DNA of 64,000 bases from an uncultured Actinomycetes bacterium (lineage in GTDB: Bacteria; Actinomycetota; Thermoleophilia; RBG-16-64-13), in NCBI GenBank assembly GCA_963841735.1, contig CAWJDT010000004.1, positions 96,001 to 160,000 on the forward strand, written 5' to 3'. Under the pieces are notes generated by a model, which was given only the letters and a program-made list of their open reading frames with translations, made no database searches and was not told the DNA's origin. Positions 20,528-31,417 of the stretch are shown here, in pieces. The position numbers and the translations under genes are program-made. Numbering within the stretch: the stretch's first letter is position 1; each line of letters opens with the position of its first letter.

Positions 20528-23163
20528 CGCGGCGCGAGGGGGCCAGTGTGGCGGGACGGTCGCAGACAGCAAAATCACGGAAGACTGCACCGGCCAAGGC
20601 GGCTGGTGGCGGCCGGACACCCATCAAGTCGCCGCCCGCAGACCACAAGCGTGAGCTGTTCGCCCTAGCGTTGTTGGGGATAGCGATCTTCTTGATCGTG
20701 ATCCTGAGCATGGGGGACTCGGGGGGTATTGTTGGACGGGGGGTCAGGACAGGCTTGGTTGTGGCCTTTGGCAAACTGGCCTTTCTCGTTCCTGCCACAT
20801 TCCTGGCCCTGGGTGTGACCACCATAATGCAGCTTAAGTTCTGGAAGTCGTACCGGTTCGCTGGTGTGATGGTCTTGCTGTTTGGGCTATTCGTGCTCCT
20901 CGGGGCCGCGATGCCTCCTTTTGCGGAAAGGGCAGGCGAGCTGTTTGTGCGCGCCGAATTTGAGGGGCGGGCAGGAGGGGTGGGTGAGGCCCTCTACGCT
21001 ATGTTCCATCGTATGGTCGGCCTGGTCGGTGTCGCCATAATTGGCTGGATCGCTTTGCTGGCCGGTTTCAGTCTCTTGACCGGGATCACAGGCTACTGGG
21101 TTGGCAAGCGGACGAAGCAGGCGGCTGTCGCGGTGAAGACGTCGGCCGAGCGAACCGCGTTGGCAACGAGGCGGCGGGGCGAAGACACGAGCGCCGGATC
21201 GCCGGCGCCCCTTGATGAGTATCTTCCAAAAGGGTGGACGACCCGCTTGGGGCCGGTCGACCTGGTGGAAGCTTCGACGCCCGGCCGGGCGGTCACAAAG
21301 CGGGACGGTTCGGGCGCTGTCTCCGACGACGCTTTTGAGGATTGGGAGGAGGTCGATGCTGACGACGGGGTTCCGACCGTCTCCAACTCGGTGACGCTTC
21401 CCAAGACCAAGTCGGTGCTGGACGGTGCTCGAGCTTTCGCGGATATCTACGTCGCGCAGAGTCCAGAAGCGGCCGGGCAGGTCATTCCCTGCGGTGCTCC
21501 GGTGCCCGGCTACGGCTTGGGCGGAACGGGAATTCCTGGGCCGCAGGGGGCTAGGGGAGTAGCCCCGGGCGATGGAGGGCGCCTGGAGGATACGGAGGAG
21601 GCGGACGGCGATTCCGAGGATGTGATGGACACTGGCCAGGAATCGCTCCCTGGCTTGGCGAGGGAGCGCCGCCAGATTGAGCTGGCCGTCGACGAACCGG
21701 CTTATCTTATGCCCGACTCGGACGTGTTGCGAAAGAGCACGCCCGTGGCACAGGGGCGCACGATTGGGGACAGGGACCTCGGAGCGGTTTTGCTGCAGGC
21801 CCTTGGCCAGTTTGGGGTGGAAGCCCAAATCATAGGCATGGTCGTGGGGCCGCGGGTCACCAGATACGAACTTCATCTAGCTCCGGGAACAAAAGTGGCC
21901 AAAGTGTCGGGGTTGAAAGACGACTTGGCATACGCTCTGGCCACCACCGAGATCCGAATACTCGCCCCTATCCCAGGTAAGTCGGCCGTGGGTGTGGAGA
22001 TACCCAACCAGAGGCCCGACTTCGTGACTCTGGGCGACATCTACCGGGAGTTCCCAAAGTCGGCAGGCCCTCTGATGGTCTGGCTGGGCAAGGACATCTC
22101 CGGCAAGGCCGTGTACGCAGATTTGAGCAAACTGCCACATCTGTTGATTGCCGGCACCACCGGTTCGGGCAAGAGTGGTTGCGTGAACTGCCTTGTGTCG
22201 TCGGTGCTGCTGAGGAGTACACCTGAGCAGGTGCGCATGATCATGATCGATCCTAAGAAGGTCGAACTCTCTCACTATGACCGGATCCCGCACCTTCTTG
22301 TGCCGGTGGTGACCAATATGAAGGACGCAGCCGGCGTTCTACACAACGTGGTAAAGGAGATGGAAGACCGGTACGAACTCATGGAGTTGGATCACGCGCG
22401 GAGCCTTCCCGAAATGAACAAGACGCGGGCCCGTCGCGGCGAAAAACCGGTGCCCTACATCCTTGTGGTTATAGATGAGTTGGCCGACCTCATGATGTCA
22501 TCTCCGCAGGAAGTGGAGGACTACGTCATCCGCTTGGCTCAGAAATCTCGGGCAGTGGGTATACACCTGGTTGTTGCGACCCAGCGGCCTTCGGCAGACG
22601 TGATCACGGGCATGATCAAGGCCAACATACCCTCGCGCATCGCCTTCGCGGTTTCCAGCCAGACGGACTCCCGGGTGATTCTTGACGTCAACGGGGCAGA
22701 GGCGCTGCTGGGCATGGGAGACATGCTCTTCAAGCCGCTTGGGTCCAGTCACCTGCAGCGGGTGCAGGGCGCGTACATCACAGAGGAAGAGATCGCTGTT
22801 CTGGTAAACCACTGGCGCCATCAGGCCGAGCCGAAGTTCCGTGAGGAGCTGCTGCAGCGCCCGGTAGAGGTCAAGAAGAGCACAGAAGACATGTTTGATC
22901 CCGACTCCGATGAGTTGCTTGTTGACGCGGCCCGTCTGGTCGTAGAGACGGGTAGCGCTTCGGTCTCGATGCTGCAGCGCCGGCTGCGGGTGGGCTATAC
23001 GCGGGCCGGGCGGCTGATTGACATGCTCGAACGGCGGGGTATTGTGGGGCCGTGGGAGGGGAGTAAGCCTCGCCAGAGCCTCATCGAGCCTGACGAGTTT
23101 GAGAATGTATTGGCGGCCTTGCGGATTGGCGAAGAGCTTGGAGATGCGCCGAACAGTGACTGA
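20524..23163 (+). CDS. ftsK: DNA translocase FtsK/SpoIIIE
   Basis: N-terminal TM helices, HLLIAGTTGSGKS, IDELADLMM, SVSMLQRRLRVGYTRAGRLID gamma domain. Confidence 0.96.
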   Translation: MTRREGASVAGRSQTAKSRKTAPAKAAGGGRTPIKSPPADHKRELFALALLGIAIFLIVILSMGDSGGIVGRGVRTGLVVAFGKLAFLVPATFLALGVTTIMQLKFWKSYRFAGVMVLLFGLFVLLGAAMPPFAERAGELFVRAEFEGRAGGVGEALYAMFHRMVGLVGVAIIGWIALLAGFSLLTGITGYWVGKRTKQAAVAVKTSAERTALATRRRGEDTSAGSPAPLDEYLPKGWTTRLGPVDLVEASTPGRAVTKRDGSGAVSDDAFEDWEEVDADDGVPTVSNSVTLPKTKSVLDGARAFADIYVAQSPEAAGQVIPCGAPVPGYGLGGTGIPGPQGARGVAPGDGGRLEDTEEADGDSEDVMDTGQESLPGLARERRQIELAVDEPAYLMPDSDVLRKSTPVAQGRTIGDRDLGAVLLQALGQFGVEAQIIGMVVGPRVTRYELHLAPGTKVAKVSGLKDDLAYALATTEIRILAPIPGKSAVGVEIPNQRPDFVTLGDIYREFPKSAGPLMVWLGKDISGKAVYADLSKLPHLLIAGTTGSGKSGCVNCLVSSVLLRSTPEQVRMIMIDPKKVELSHYDRIPHLLVPVVTNMKDAAGVLHNVVKEMEDRYELMELDHARSLPEMNKTRARRGEKPVPYILVVIDELADLMMSSPQEVEDYVIRLAQKSRAVGIHLVVATQRPSADVITGMIKANIPSRIAFAVSSQTDSRVILDVNGAEALLGMGDMLFKPLGSSHLQRVQGAYITEEEIAVLVNHWRHQAEPKFREELLQRPVEVKKSTEDMFDPDSDELLVDAARLVVETGSASVSMLQRRLRVGYTRAGRLIDMLERRGIVGPWEGSKPRQSLIEPDEFENVLAALRIGEELGDAPNSD

Positions 23164-24277
23164 CCTCAGCGTGCCCTCCGTAGGCGCCGCCGAACTCATG
23201 GAGGGTGATTTCCAGGTAGTAGATGTGCGTTCTCCGGTTGAATTCGCCGAAGGGCACGTGCCGGGAGCCGTCAGCCGCCCGCTTCTTGATGACGCCCAGA
23301 GGACTGCGGTGGGCATTGCTTACAAAGCCGATGGTGCTTCCCAAGCCCGCATGATCGCTATGGAGTTGGTGAGCCCCGGTCTGATCGAGTACCTCACTTC
23401 GTTGGCGGGCCTCGCCCGGTCGCAGCCCCGAGGCCGCCGATTGGCCATCATGTGCTGGCGGGGCGGCGAGCGGAGTCGCAACGTTGTCCTGCTGTTGGCG
23501 TTGATAGGCATCCATGTCGTACGGGTCACCGGTGGGTACCGGGCCTACCGTCGCGAAGTGGTGGGATTCTTTGAGAAATGGCGTCCGCCCGTGCCGGTGA
23601 TCACACTCTATGGGCCTACGGGCGCAGGGAAGAGCGCTCTGATCCGGGCGCTGGAGGAGCTTGGTGCTACGTGGTCTACGCCCCGTCCCTGGCCGCTGGA
23701 CCTGGAGCGATTGGCGCTGCATCGGGGATCGCTTCTGGGAGGGCTTAACCAGCCAGGCGACAGACGGCAGAAGGACTTCGAAGCCCTTCTGCGTGAGGAG
23801 TTGGCGCGACCCGGCGGGGACTACTTGGTGCTCGAGGGGGAAGGCAGCAGGATCGGCGCGCTGCATGTGCCTCGTAGCATTGCGGACACCATACGAGGGG
23901 GTAGGCCCGTGTTGGTGATAGGGACTGTGGAGCAGCGCGCCCGGCGGATTGTCGAAGAGTACGCCCCTCAAGGGTGGGACGAGGCGGACGTGGCGCGATT
24001 TCGCCGTGGTCTCGGTGTGATCGGGGGGAGGCTGGCACCCGGCACGCTCGTTTCCTTGGAAAGCGCCTTCGATGATGGTAGATTTACGGACGTCGTAACG
24101 GGGTTGCTGGTCGGGTACTACGATCCTCTGTACTGGAAGTCGTGCGTGGATGGAAGGGATTTCGTCCTCGAGTTCCAGACCAGCTCCGACCCTACCCAAG
24201 ATGCGCTCCGGTTCGCCGATGCGGCCGCGAGTCTGATCAAAGAGGTGCCCACTGGCTCTCGTGCCCCAGATCGGTGA
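23144..24277 (+). CDS. selU: tRNA 2-selenouridine(34) synthase SelU/MnmH
   Basis: Rhodanese DVRSPVEFAEGHVPGA and CWRGGERS; P-loop GPTGAGKS; DLERLALHRGS; YYDPLY. Confidence 0.88.
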   Translation: MRRTVTDLSVPSVGAAELMEGDFQVVDVRSPVEFAEGHVPGAVSRPLLDDAQRTAVGIAYKADGASQARMIAMELVSPGLIEYLTSLAGLARSQPRGRRLAIMCWRGGERSRNVVLLLALIGIHVVRVTGGYRAYRREVVGFFEKWRPPVPVITLYGPTGAGKSALIRALEELGATWSTPRPWPLDLERLALHRGSLLGGLNQPGDRRQKDFEALLREELARPGGDYLVLEGEGSRIGALHVPRSIADTIRGGRPVLVIGTVEQRARRIVEEYAPQGWDEADVARFRRGLGVIGGRLAPGTLVSLESAFDDGRFTDVVTGLLVGYYDPLYWKSCVDGRDFVLEFQTSSDPTQDALRFADAAASLIKEVPTGSRAPDR

Positions 24278-25091
24278 CATTCTTCGTGAGGCCCGCATTC
24301 GCAAGGGCCTTACTATTAAGGACGTCTCGGACGTCACCAAAATCCGCTCCAAGTATCTGGAGGCGTTGGAGCAGGATGACTATGAGGTCATCCCAGGGTC
24401 AACGTTTGTCAAGGCTTATCTGCGGAACTACGCCACATTTCTCCGGCTCGACGCGGATGCGTTGGTTGAGGAGTATCGGTATGGTCGTGAGCCACGCAAC
24501 GATGAGCTTGGCATGTATCAAAGCAGCACCACGGCGGAACAGCCTCGCCCAGCATCTCTAACCGTTCGCAAGAAGCGCAAGCCTCATCGCAATCGTCAAG
24601 GGTACGCGTTGATCGGAGTGCTCGCGGTTGTGATCGTAGTGCTACTCGCTTGGTTCTACGCCGGCAGGGGGCAGCCCGCGGCTACGCTTGATCCGGAGAG
24701 CGTGGGGGGTTCGGTTACAACCACCTCCACCGACGTGACGGGAACGACAGAATCGGGGGGTGTGGCTACGGGCACCACCGGAGACAATGTTGAGTCCACC
24801 ACAACAACCGTAGGTGTAGTGGCTACCGGTGGGCCCGTGACACTCGTGCTGACAGTCTCCGAGCGGAGCTGTTTCTTGGTGGTGAGGGAGGACAGTCAGG
24901 AGGGAGCTGAGCTGTATGCGGGAACACTCTTGGCCGGCCAGGAACAGACCTTCTCGGGCTCCAAACGGTATTGGCTGCACGTGGGGGTGCCGGATGTGCT
25001 CGTTCTGAGCGTGAACGGCGTGGAGCGCGTTGTCGACGGTCCTGCGGGCTACTACGTGGTCACCGAGACTCAGATTACCCCCGCCGGTTAG
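24261..25091 (+). CDS. rodZ: RodZ-like HTH membrane protein (DUF4115 C-terminus)
   Basis: IGDILREAR, TKIRSKYLEALE, FVKAYLRNYA, single TM. Confidence 0.85.
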   Translation: MPQIGDILREARIRKGLTIKDVSDVTKIRSKYLEALEQDDYEVIPGSTFVKAYLRNYATFLRLDADALVEEYRYGREPRNDELGMYQSSTTAEQPRPASLTVRKKRKPHRNRQGYALIGVLAVVIVVLLAWFYAGRGQPAATLDPESVGGSVTTTSTDVTGTTESGGVATGTTGDNVESTTTTVGVVATGGPVTLVLTVSERSCFLVVREDSQEGAELYAGTLLAGQEQTFSGSKRYWLHVGVPDVLVLSVNGVERVVDGPAGYYVVTETQITPAG

Positions 25092-25092
25092 T

Positions 25093-26418
25093 ATGCTGCC
25101 GCGGCCAGGTCTTACAGCGAAGGTCTACTTCGCAACCCTGGGCTGCGCCAAGAACGAAGCCGACAGTCGCTCGGTCATGCGTCACGTCCTCGCCGCAGGG
25201 GTGACCGTCGTGGAGGACCCGGCGGACGCGACCCACATCATTGTCAATACGTGCGGGTTCATACAAGACGCCAAGGAAGAGTCCATCAATGCCGTGCTTG
25301 ACGCGTGCGCGAGCTATCCCGGACGCGAGGTGCTCGTCATGGGGTGTCTGGTCGAGCGGTACGCGAGCGAGTTGGCCGCGGGCATCCCGGAAGTGGCGGG
25401 GTGGTTCGGTGTTGCCGATGCCGACATGCAGGCCGAGTTGGTGGCCGCTCTGGGGGGACGCGAATCTGGGGTGGCGGCCGCCCCGGGGAGGGCCGTCCGT
25501 GGACAGGGATCATTCGCATATCTGAAGATATCCGACGGCTGTGACGAACTCTGCACTTTTTGCGCTATCCCCGGAATCAAAGGACCGTACCATTCGCTTG
25601 GGGTCGACGAGATCAAGGCCGAAGCGGGGGCGTGTCTGGCTGAGGGAGCACGTGAGCTTGTGCTGGTGGGACAGGACACGTCGCGATGGAGCAGCGACGG
25701 TCTCGATTTGGTAGACCTCGTCCAAGTGCTCGCGGAGGATCCGCGGCTGCACCGCCTTAGACTGATGTACCTGCAACCCGACGGCGTCAGCGAGAGGCTC
25801 CTGCGTTGCATGGCTGCGCAGCCGAAGTTGTGCCGCTATCTGGACATACCGCTGCAACATTCACATCCCGACATGTTGCGGGCTATGGCCCGCGGGGGCG
25901 ACGCGGAGTCTTATCTCGCGTTGATTGAGCGGGCGCGCGGCCTCATGCCTGATGTGACCCTCCGCTCCACCTTCATAGTCGGTTTTCCCGGCGAGACCGA
26001 GCGCCACTTTGCGCATTTGTTGGAGTTTGTCTCGGCCGCGGAGTTTGATTACGCGGGTGGGTTCGTCTACAGCCCGGAGGAGGGGACGAAGGCGGCAGGG
26101 TTGAAGCCACGCGTCAGTAGAGTTAAGGCTCTGGCTCGTTTGAACCGTTTGAACGCGGCGCTCGAGGCAGTGGTCGAGCACAAACGGCAGAAGTTGGTTG
26201 GGATGAGGGTGCGGGTCATGGTCGACACGATCGAGTCGGAAGAGGGCGAAGAAGGCTACGCTGCCGTTGGGCGCACCGAGGGGCAGGCGCCTGAGGTGGA
26301 TGGTGTGACCTACATCGAGGGCGGCATCCCGGAGGGGACCGCTCACGGGGACGTGTTGGAGTGTCTGGTGGAGGCGGTCGCCGGCTACGACTTGATTGCG
26401 AGTTGTGATGAGGCCTAA
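25093..26418 (+). CDS. rimO: Ribosomal protein S12 methylthiotransferase
   Basis: LGCAKN, NTCGFI, CDELCTFC radical SAM motif, FIVGFPGET, APEVDG. Confidence 0.95.
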   Translation: MLPRPGLTAKVYFATLGCAKNEADSRSVMRHVLAAGVTVVEDPADATHIIVNTCGFIQDAKEESINAVLDACASYPGREVLVMGCLVERYASELAAGIPEVAGWFGVADADMQAELVAALGGRESGVAAAPGRAVRGQGSFAYLKISDGCDELCTFCAIPGIKGPYHSLGVDEIKAEAGACLAEGARELVLVGQDTSRWSSDGLDLVDLVQVLAEDPRLHRLRLMYLQPDGVSERLLRCMAAQPKLCRYLDIPLQHSHPDMLRAMARGGDAESYLALIERARGLMPDVTLRSTFIVGFPGETERHFAHLLEFVSAAEFDYAGGFVYSPEEGTKAAGLKPRVSRVKALARLNRLNAALEAVVEHKRQKLVGMRVRVMVDTIESEEGEEGYAAVGRTEGQAPEVDGVTYIEGGIPEGTAHGDVLECLVEAVAGYDLIASCDEA

Positions 26419-27010
26419 CCTGCCGAACACATTGACCCTCTTCCGGATACTGATGGTCCCCTTGCTCATGGTGTTCATGTTGACGGACTCGCTGGCCAGC
26501 GACATCGTGGCCCTGGTCATCTTCTTGGCCGCCGCGGCGAGCGACTGGCTTGATGGGTTTCTCGCCCGCCGGTGGCATCAAACCACGGTGATGGGTGCGT
26601 TTTTGGATCCGCTGGCTGACAAGCTCCTGGTGACCGCCGCTCTGGTGTCGCTGGTGGAACTCAATGAGGTGTCCGCCTGGATTGCTATGGTAGTCATAGC
26701 ACGAGAACTGGCAGTCACCGGGTTGCGTATGGTCGCAGCCGCCAAAGGCGTGGTCATCTCGGCCAGCATGTGGGGCAAGGTCAAGACTGTCAGCCAGATG
26801 ATCGCGATCACGTGCTTGATCATCGAACCACGGTGGATAAAGCCGGATTGGACGATATGGGGACAGAGGATCACATGGTGGCTGATGATCGTGATGCTGG
26901 TGCTCACGGTGGTCAGCGGCATCGACTACTTCGTGCGGGCCTGGAGGCCGGTGGGAGGGCCGCTCCCCCCCGACGGGACGCGGCTCGCGGCACTCAAGAA
27001 GAAGGACTAG
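26408..27010 (+). CDS. pgsA: CDP-diacylglycerol--glycerol-3-phosphate 3-phosphatidyltransferase
   Basis: NLPNTLT, DWLDGFLARR..T..GAFLDPLADK. Confidence 0.95.
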   Translation: MRPNLPNTLTLFRILMVPLLMVFMLTDSLASDIVALVIFLAAAASDWLDGFLARRWHQTTVMGAFLDPLADKLLVTAALVSLVELNEVSAWIAMVVIARELAVTGLRMVAAAKGVVISASMWGKVKTVSQMIAITCLIIEPRWIKPDWTIWGQRITWWLMIVMLVLTVVSGIDYFVRAWRPVGGPLPPDGTRLAALKKKD

Positions 27011-27015
27011 CCTGG

Positions 27016-27597
27016 GTGGACAAGCGGGCGGGCGAAAAGCAGAGGCTGTTTGTGGCGGTGCCTCTGCCGCCCGATGCGGTTGAGTTCGTGTGCGCGGCTC
27101 AGCAGGCGTTACCGCGAGGGTCGGGAGTCCGGCTCGTCGGGCACAAGCAGTTGCACGTGACTTTGGCCTTCATCGGGGAAGTGGGCGAGGCTGCCGCGGC
27201 GGATGCTCGAACCGTGGTGGAGTCGTTGCCTAGCGACATGGGGGGCGTTGTGTTCTTGGGGGGCTTCGCCTTCTTCCCGACGGCGAGCAAGGCCCGGGTT
27301 GTGGCGATTGATATCGTCGATGAGGCTGGATTGCTCGCGAGGATGTATGAGCGGGTGATGGACGGTTTAGAGGGAGTCGGGGTGATGCGCCGGGAGAAGC
27401 GGTCTTTCCGCGCTCATGTCACCGTGGCTAGGCTCCGGGTCCCTGGTCCTATACAACCAATGGCCGAGAGCGGGTCGGCTCCGTTTGCTGTAGAGTCGGT
27501 ATGTCTCTTCAAGAGTGAGTTGAAACGCGAGGGCGCGGTATACACGACGGTTGCGTGTGCCGCGCTTTCTGGGGCAGAAGTGAGAGAGAAGGCATAG
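27016..27597 (+). CDS. thpR: RNA 2',3'-cyclic phosphodiesterase (2H family)
   Basis: RLFVAV, two HxT motifs (HVTLAF, HVTVAR), LFKSEL. Confidence 0.88.
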   Translation: MDKRAGEKQRLFVAVPLPPDAVEFVCAAQQALPRGSGVRLVGHKQLHVTLAFIGEVGEAAAADARTVVESLPSDMGGVVFLGGFAFFPTASKARVVAIDIVDEAGLLARMYERVMDGLEGVGVMRREKRSFRAHVTVARLRVPGPIQPMAESGSAPFAVESVCLFKSELKREGAVYTTVACAALSGAEVREKA

Positions 27598-27605
27598 GAG
27601 GAGCA

Positions 27606-28706
27606 GTGGAAAAGGACAAAGCGCTGGAGATGGCCGTTCTACAGATAGAACGACAGTATGGCAAGGGTTCCATAATGCGGCTGGGCGACGATTCGGCGAC
27701 TCTGAAGGTCCCGGCGATATCTACCGGCTCGCTGACGCTCGACATAGCCCTGGGAGTGGGCGGGGTCCCCAGGGGGCGCGTGATAGAGGTCTTCGGACCC
27801 GAGTCGAGCGGCAAGACCACCCTGGCGCTGCACATGATCGCCGAGGCGCAGCTCGCCGGCGGGAAGGCTGCCTTCATCGATGCGGAGCACGCCATGGATT
27901 CAGGCTACGCCCGCAAGATCGGCGTGAACGTCGATGAGTTGCTGGTGTCGCAACCAGACAACGGGGAACAGGCGCTCGAGATAACCGAGTTGCTCATCCG
28001 CAGCGGGGCGCTCGACATAGTGGTCATCGACTCCGTTGCTGCCCTCACCCCCAGGGCTGAGATCGAAGGCGAGATGGGCGATTCGCACGTAGGCCTGCAG
28101 GCGCGCCTTATGAGCCAGGCTTTGCGCAAGCTGGCCGGAACCATCAGCAAGACCCAGACTTGCGCGGTGTTCATCAACCAGCTTCGAGAGAAGGTCGGGG
28201 TCATGTTCGGGAACCCTGAGGTTACTCCCGGCGGTCGGGCGCTCAAGTTCTACGCTTCTGTGCGCCTGGACATCCGGCGCATCGAGACCCTGAAGGAGGG
28301 CACGGAAGCAGTCGGCAACCGGGTGCGTGTGCGTGTGGTGAAGAACAAGGTAGCTCCGCCATTCAAGGAAGCGGAATTCGACATCATGTATGGGCTGGGC
28401 ATCTCTACGGAGGGAGACATTCTGGACTTGGCGGTTGAGAACAAGATCGTTCAAAAGAGCGGGGCTTGGTTCTCCTACGGTGATCAGCGACTTGGCCAGG
28501 GTCGGGAGAACGTCAGACAGTTTCTACGCGACAATGCGGAACTGGTGCAGCAGTTGCGTCGAGAGGTCATCACGGCCGTGAACGCCGACTGGGCCGATTT
28601 GGGCAAGCAGGCAGAGCCCGAGGCCAAGAATGATGACGACGCTGCGCGGTCGAAGGCCGATGGCCGGTCCGCTGCCGCGGGCTCCGGAGGGTCGGCCGGC
28701 AAATAG
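27606..28706 (+). CDS. recA: Recombinase RecA
   Basis: [36 protein letters not shown]; AGGAGG RBS. Confidence 0.99.
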   Translation: MEKDKALEMAVLQIERQYGKGSIMRLGDDSATLKVPAISTGSLTLDIALGVGGVPRGRVIEVFGPESSGKTTLALHMIAEAQLAGGKAAFIDAEHAMDSGYARKIGVNVDELLVSQPDNGEQALEITELLIRSGALDIVVIDSVAALTPRAEIEGEMGDSHVGLQARLMSQALRKLAGTISKTQTCAVFINQLREKVGVMFGNPEVTPGGRALKFYASVRLDIRRIETLKEGTEAVGNRVRVRVVKNKVAPPFKEAEFDIMYGLGISTEGDILDLAVENKIVQKSGAWFSYGDQRLGQGRENVRQFLRDNAELVQQLRREVITAVNADWADLGKQAEPEAKNDDDAARSKADGRSAAAGSGGSAGK

Positions 28707-28717
28707 GCGGAAGGGGC

Positions 28718-29428
28718 ATGCGCCGACCGGCCGACAGATCGCCTGAGCCCATGCAGGCGGGCGTGGTTACGTCCTTGGCGGCCAAGAGGGGCCGGTCCGA
28801 TCGGTTTTCCGTGTATCTCGACGGACGGCGGGTCTTCGATCTGGCTGTGGATGTGGTCGAGCGGGCCGGACTGCGGCAGGGGCAGCACTTGGACGAGCAG
28901 CGTCAGGCCGAACTGCTTGAAGAAGACGCGCCTTACCGGGCCAGGGATAAGGGTCTAGACATGCTGGCCTCCCGCGAGCGCTGCGCTCGGGAGATCGAAG
29001 AAAGGCTGCAGGGCGCCGGCTTCGACAGTGAAGTGGTTGCCGATACGATTTCTTGGCTGCGAACGAGGGGCTACGTGGACGACCGGCGATTTGCGGCGTC
29101 CTTCGCCGAGGCGAAGCTGAGAGGGGGATGGGGGGCGCGTAGGATCAGGTCTGAACTGCTGCACAAAGGCGTCGATCGGGAGACTTTGGAAGATATCCTG
29201 CGCGCGGCTTCCGAGGAGGGCTCGGGGGCAGAGGGGTCGTGCGCGGTGACGGCTTTGGCGCGAAGGCGCTTCGGCGGGCAGTTCGCGGCCGACCCCACTG
29301 GCGCACGGCGCAGGTTGGCGGGTTTTCTCGCCCGTCGCGGTTACGATTGGGAAACCATTTCTACGGTGACGCGGGTTCTTGCTGATGAGGCTGCGGACGG
29401 GGCGGAGCAGGCTGGTGGCTGCTCCTAG
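28718..29428 (+). CDS. recX: Regulatory protein RecX
   Basis: Follows recA; GYVDDRRFA, GARRIRSELLHKGV, FLARRGY. Confidence 0.9.
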   Translation: MRRPADRSPEPMQAGVVTSLAAKRGRSDRFSVYLDGRRVFDLAVDVVERAGLRQGQHLDEQRQAELLEEDAPYRARDKGLDMLASRERCAREIEERLQGAGFDSEVVADTISWLRTRGYVDDRRFAASFAEAKLRGGWGARRIRSELLHKGVDRETLEDILRAASEEGSGAEGSCAVTALARRRFGGQFAADPTGARRRLAGFLARRGYDWETISTVTRVLADEAADGAEQAGGCS

Positions 29429-29492
29429 GCCCGTGGCGGCACGGAACACCTGCGTGAGTCGTGAGGGCAACAATGGGTCTGAAGGCGCTTCC

Positions 29493-29522
29493 TTGACACC
29501 TTACTCGGCGCGACTGTAAACT
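29493..29522 (+). promoter_or_regulatory. Housekeeping sigma promoter TTGACA-N18-TAAACT upstream of the rny leader
   Basis: Consensus -35 at 29493-29498 and -10 at 29517-29522. Confidence 0.7.
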
Positions 29523-29529
29523 CATGCGC

Positions 29530-29773
29530 GTGTGATGATCGGTCGACGAAGGTTCTGTTCGACCTTGCTATTGGTTTATTGTGGCTCTGCGACAGGTGGA
29601 TCGTCACTTGGTCAAACAGGGGCCGGAGAATTAGGGTGGGGTATATATCCGTACGGCGGGCTGCCAGTGGGGTTGGCAGAGGATTCGCCGGTATGGTCTG
29701 TCCCGAGTAAGGGCAAGGTTCGGCAGAGACGCTTGGCGGCGGGGCGGTTGCTCGGCCCTATTTGTTTTCGTTT
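29530..29773 (+). ncRNA. Candidate structured cis-regulatory RNA in the rny 5' leader
   Basis: At least five stems and a terminal U-rich tract; family not recognised. Confidence 0.45.
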
Positions 29774-29839
29774 GGTCCGGTCTTTCACGCTATGGCCCAA
29801 CTATGCGGCGGCTACGCACGCGAGTGGAGTGGTGAAAGA

Positions 29840-31381
29840 ATGAACGCAGCTATCTGGATCGTGGTAGTACTGGTGGCAGGGGCCTTGGCCGCTGTAGCCG
29901 GTTTCTTTGCACGCAAATACCTCGGTGAGGCGAAGATCGCGTCGGCCGAAGAGGCCGCGCGGAAACTGATGGAGGACGCGAAGAGGCAGGCCGATGGTAT
30001 CCAACGCGAAGCTCGGGTGGAGCTCAAGGACGAGCTGCACCGGCTGCGCACTCAGACGGAGGCCGAGGTCAAGGAGCGCCGGCAAGAGCTTACTCAGCTT
30101 GAGAATCGGCTCCTGAGTCGAGAAGAAGGCCTCGACGAGATACAGAAGGACATGAGCCGCCGGGAGCAGTCCGTCAGCGACCGGGAGGGTCACTATCGGC
30201 GGCTCGTCGAAGAAGTGGAAGGCCTGAAGACTCAGGAGCAGCAGCAGTTGCAGGAGATCTCGGGCATGTCGAGAGACCAGGCCGCCGAGATCCTGCTGAA
30301 GCGCACCGAGGACGAGGTCCGGCACGACATGGCCAAGATGGTGCGGTCCATCGAGGAGGAGGCCCGGCACGAGGGCGATCGCCGAGCCAAAGATATCCTC
30401 TCGATCTGCATCCAGCGCACGGCTTCGAGCCACGTGGCCGAATCTACCGTGTCGGTGGTTCATCTCCCTTCTGACGACATGAAAGGCCGGATCATCGGCC
30501 GCGAGGGCCGCAACGTGCGGACTCTCGAGAATCTGACGGGAGTCGATTTCATCATCGACGACACCCCGGAGGCAGTGGTGCTCTCTGGGTTCGACACGGT
30601 GCGCAGGGAGATTGCACGTCTGACGCTGACCAAGTTGGTGGCCGACGGACGCATCCATCCGGCCAAGATCGAAGAGATGTACTCCAAAGCTCGGGACGAG
30701 GTGGAGAAGCAGATACTCGACGCCGGCGAACAAGCCGTTTTGGATGCCAATGTCCACGGGGTCGCTCCTGAGTTACTTAGGCTGCTCGGGCGGCTTAGGT
30801 TCCGCACCAGCTACGGTCAGAACGTGCTGATCCATTCTCTAGAGGTCGCCCATCTGGCCGGCCTGATGGCGAGCGAGCTGGGCGTCAACGCTAAATTGGC
30901 CAAGCGCGCCGGACTGTTGCACGACTTGGGCAAGGCCGTCGACCATGAGGTGGAGGGTTCACACGCGGCGATCGGTGGCAACCTTGCCCGGCGCTATGGT
31001 GAATCGGAAGCGGTGGCTCACATCATCGAGGCGCATCACAACGAGGTCGAGCCGAGCACGGTGGAGGCTGTGTTGGTCGCGGCCGGTGACGCCGTCAGCG
31101 GGGCGCGGCCCGGAGCACGCCGGGAGACGCTTGAGACCTACATCAAGCGCTTGGAGTCCCTGGAGCGCATTGCGGAGAGCAAGCCGGGTGTGGAGAAGTG
31201 CTACGCCATACAGGCAGGCCGGGAGATCAGAGTGCTCGTCAAGCCCGAAGAGATCGACGACGACGCCGCCAGCCTGCTGTGCCGCGAGATCGCCAAGGAG
31301 ATCGAGCAGGAGCTAGACTACCCCGGCACGATCAGGGTGACGGTCATTCGCGAGAGCCGGGCTGTGGAGTACGCCAAGTAG
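29840..31381 (+). CDS. rny: Ribonuclease Y
   Basis: N-terminal TM, coiled coil, KH ([12 protein letters not shown]), HD (GLLHDLGK), SGARPGAR. Confidence 0.96.
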   Translation: MNAAIWIVVVLVAGALAAVAGFFARKYLGEAKIASAEEAARKLMEDAKRQADGIQREARVELKDELHRLRTQTEAEVKERRQELTQLENRLLSREEGLDEIQKDMSRREQSVSDREGHYRRLVEEVEGLKTQEQQQLQEISGMSRDQAAEILLKRTEDEVRHDMAKMVRSIEEEARHEGDRRAKDILSICIQRTASSHVAESTVSVVHLPSDDMKGRIIGREGRNVRTLENLTGVDFIIDDTPEAVVLSGFDTVRREIARLTLTKLVADGRIHPAKIEEMYSKARDEVEKQILDAGEQAVLDANVHGVAPELLRLLGRLRFRTSYGQNVLIHSLEVAHLAGLMASELGVNAKLAKRAGLLHDLGKAVDHEVEGSHAAIGGNLARRYGESEAVAHIIEAHHNEVEPSTVEAVLVAAGDAVSGARPGARRETLETYIKRLESLERIAESKPGVEKCYAIQAGREIRVLVKPEEIDDDAASLLCREIAKEIEQELDYPGTIRVTVIRESRAVEYAK

Positions 31382-31417
31382 CAGGGGCGACGAGTCGGCG
31401 GATTTCGCGAGTTGAGG

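Noticed and set aside
29532-29843. 103-aa ORF in the recX-rny gap
   Set aside because: No RBS or motif, atypical composition; region better explained as structured RNA
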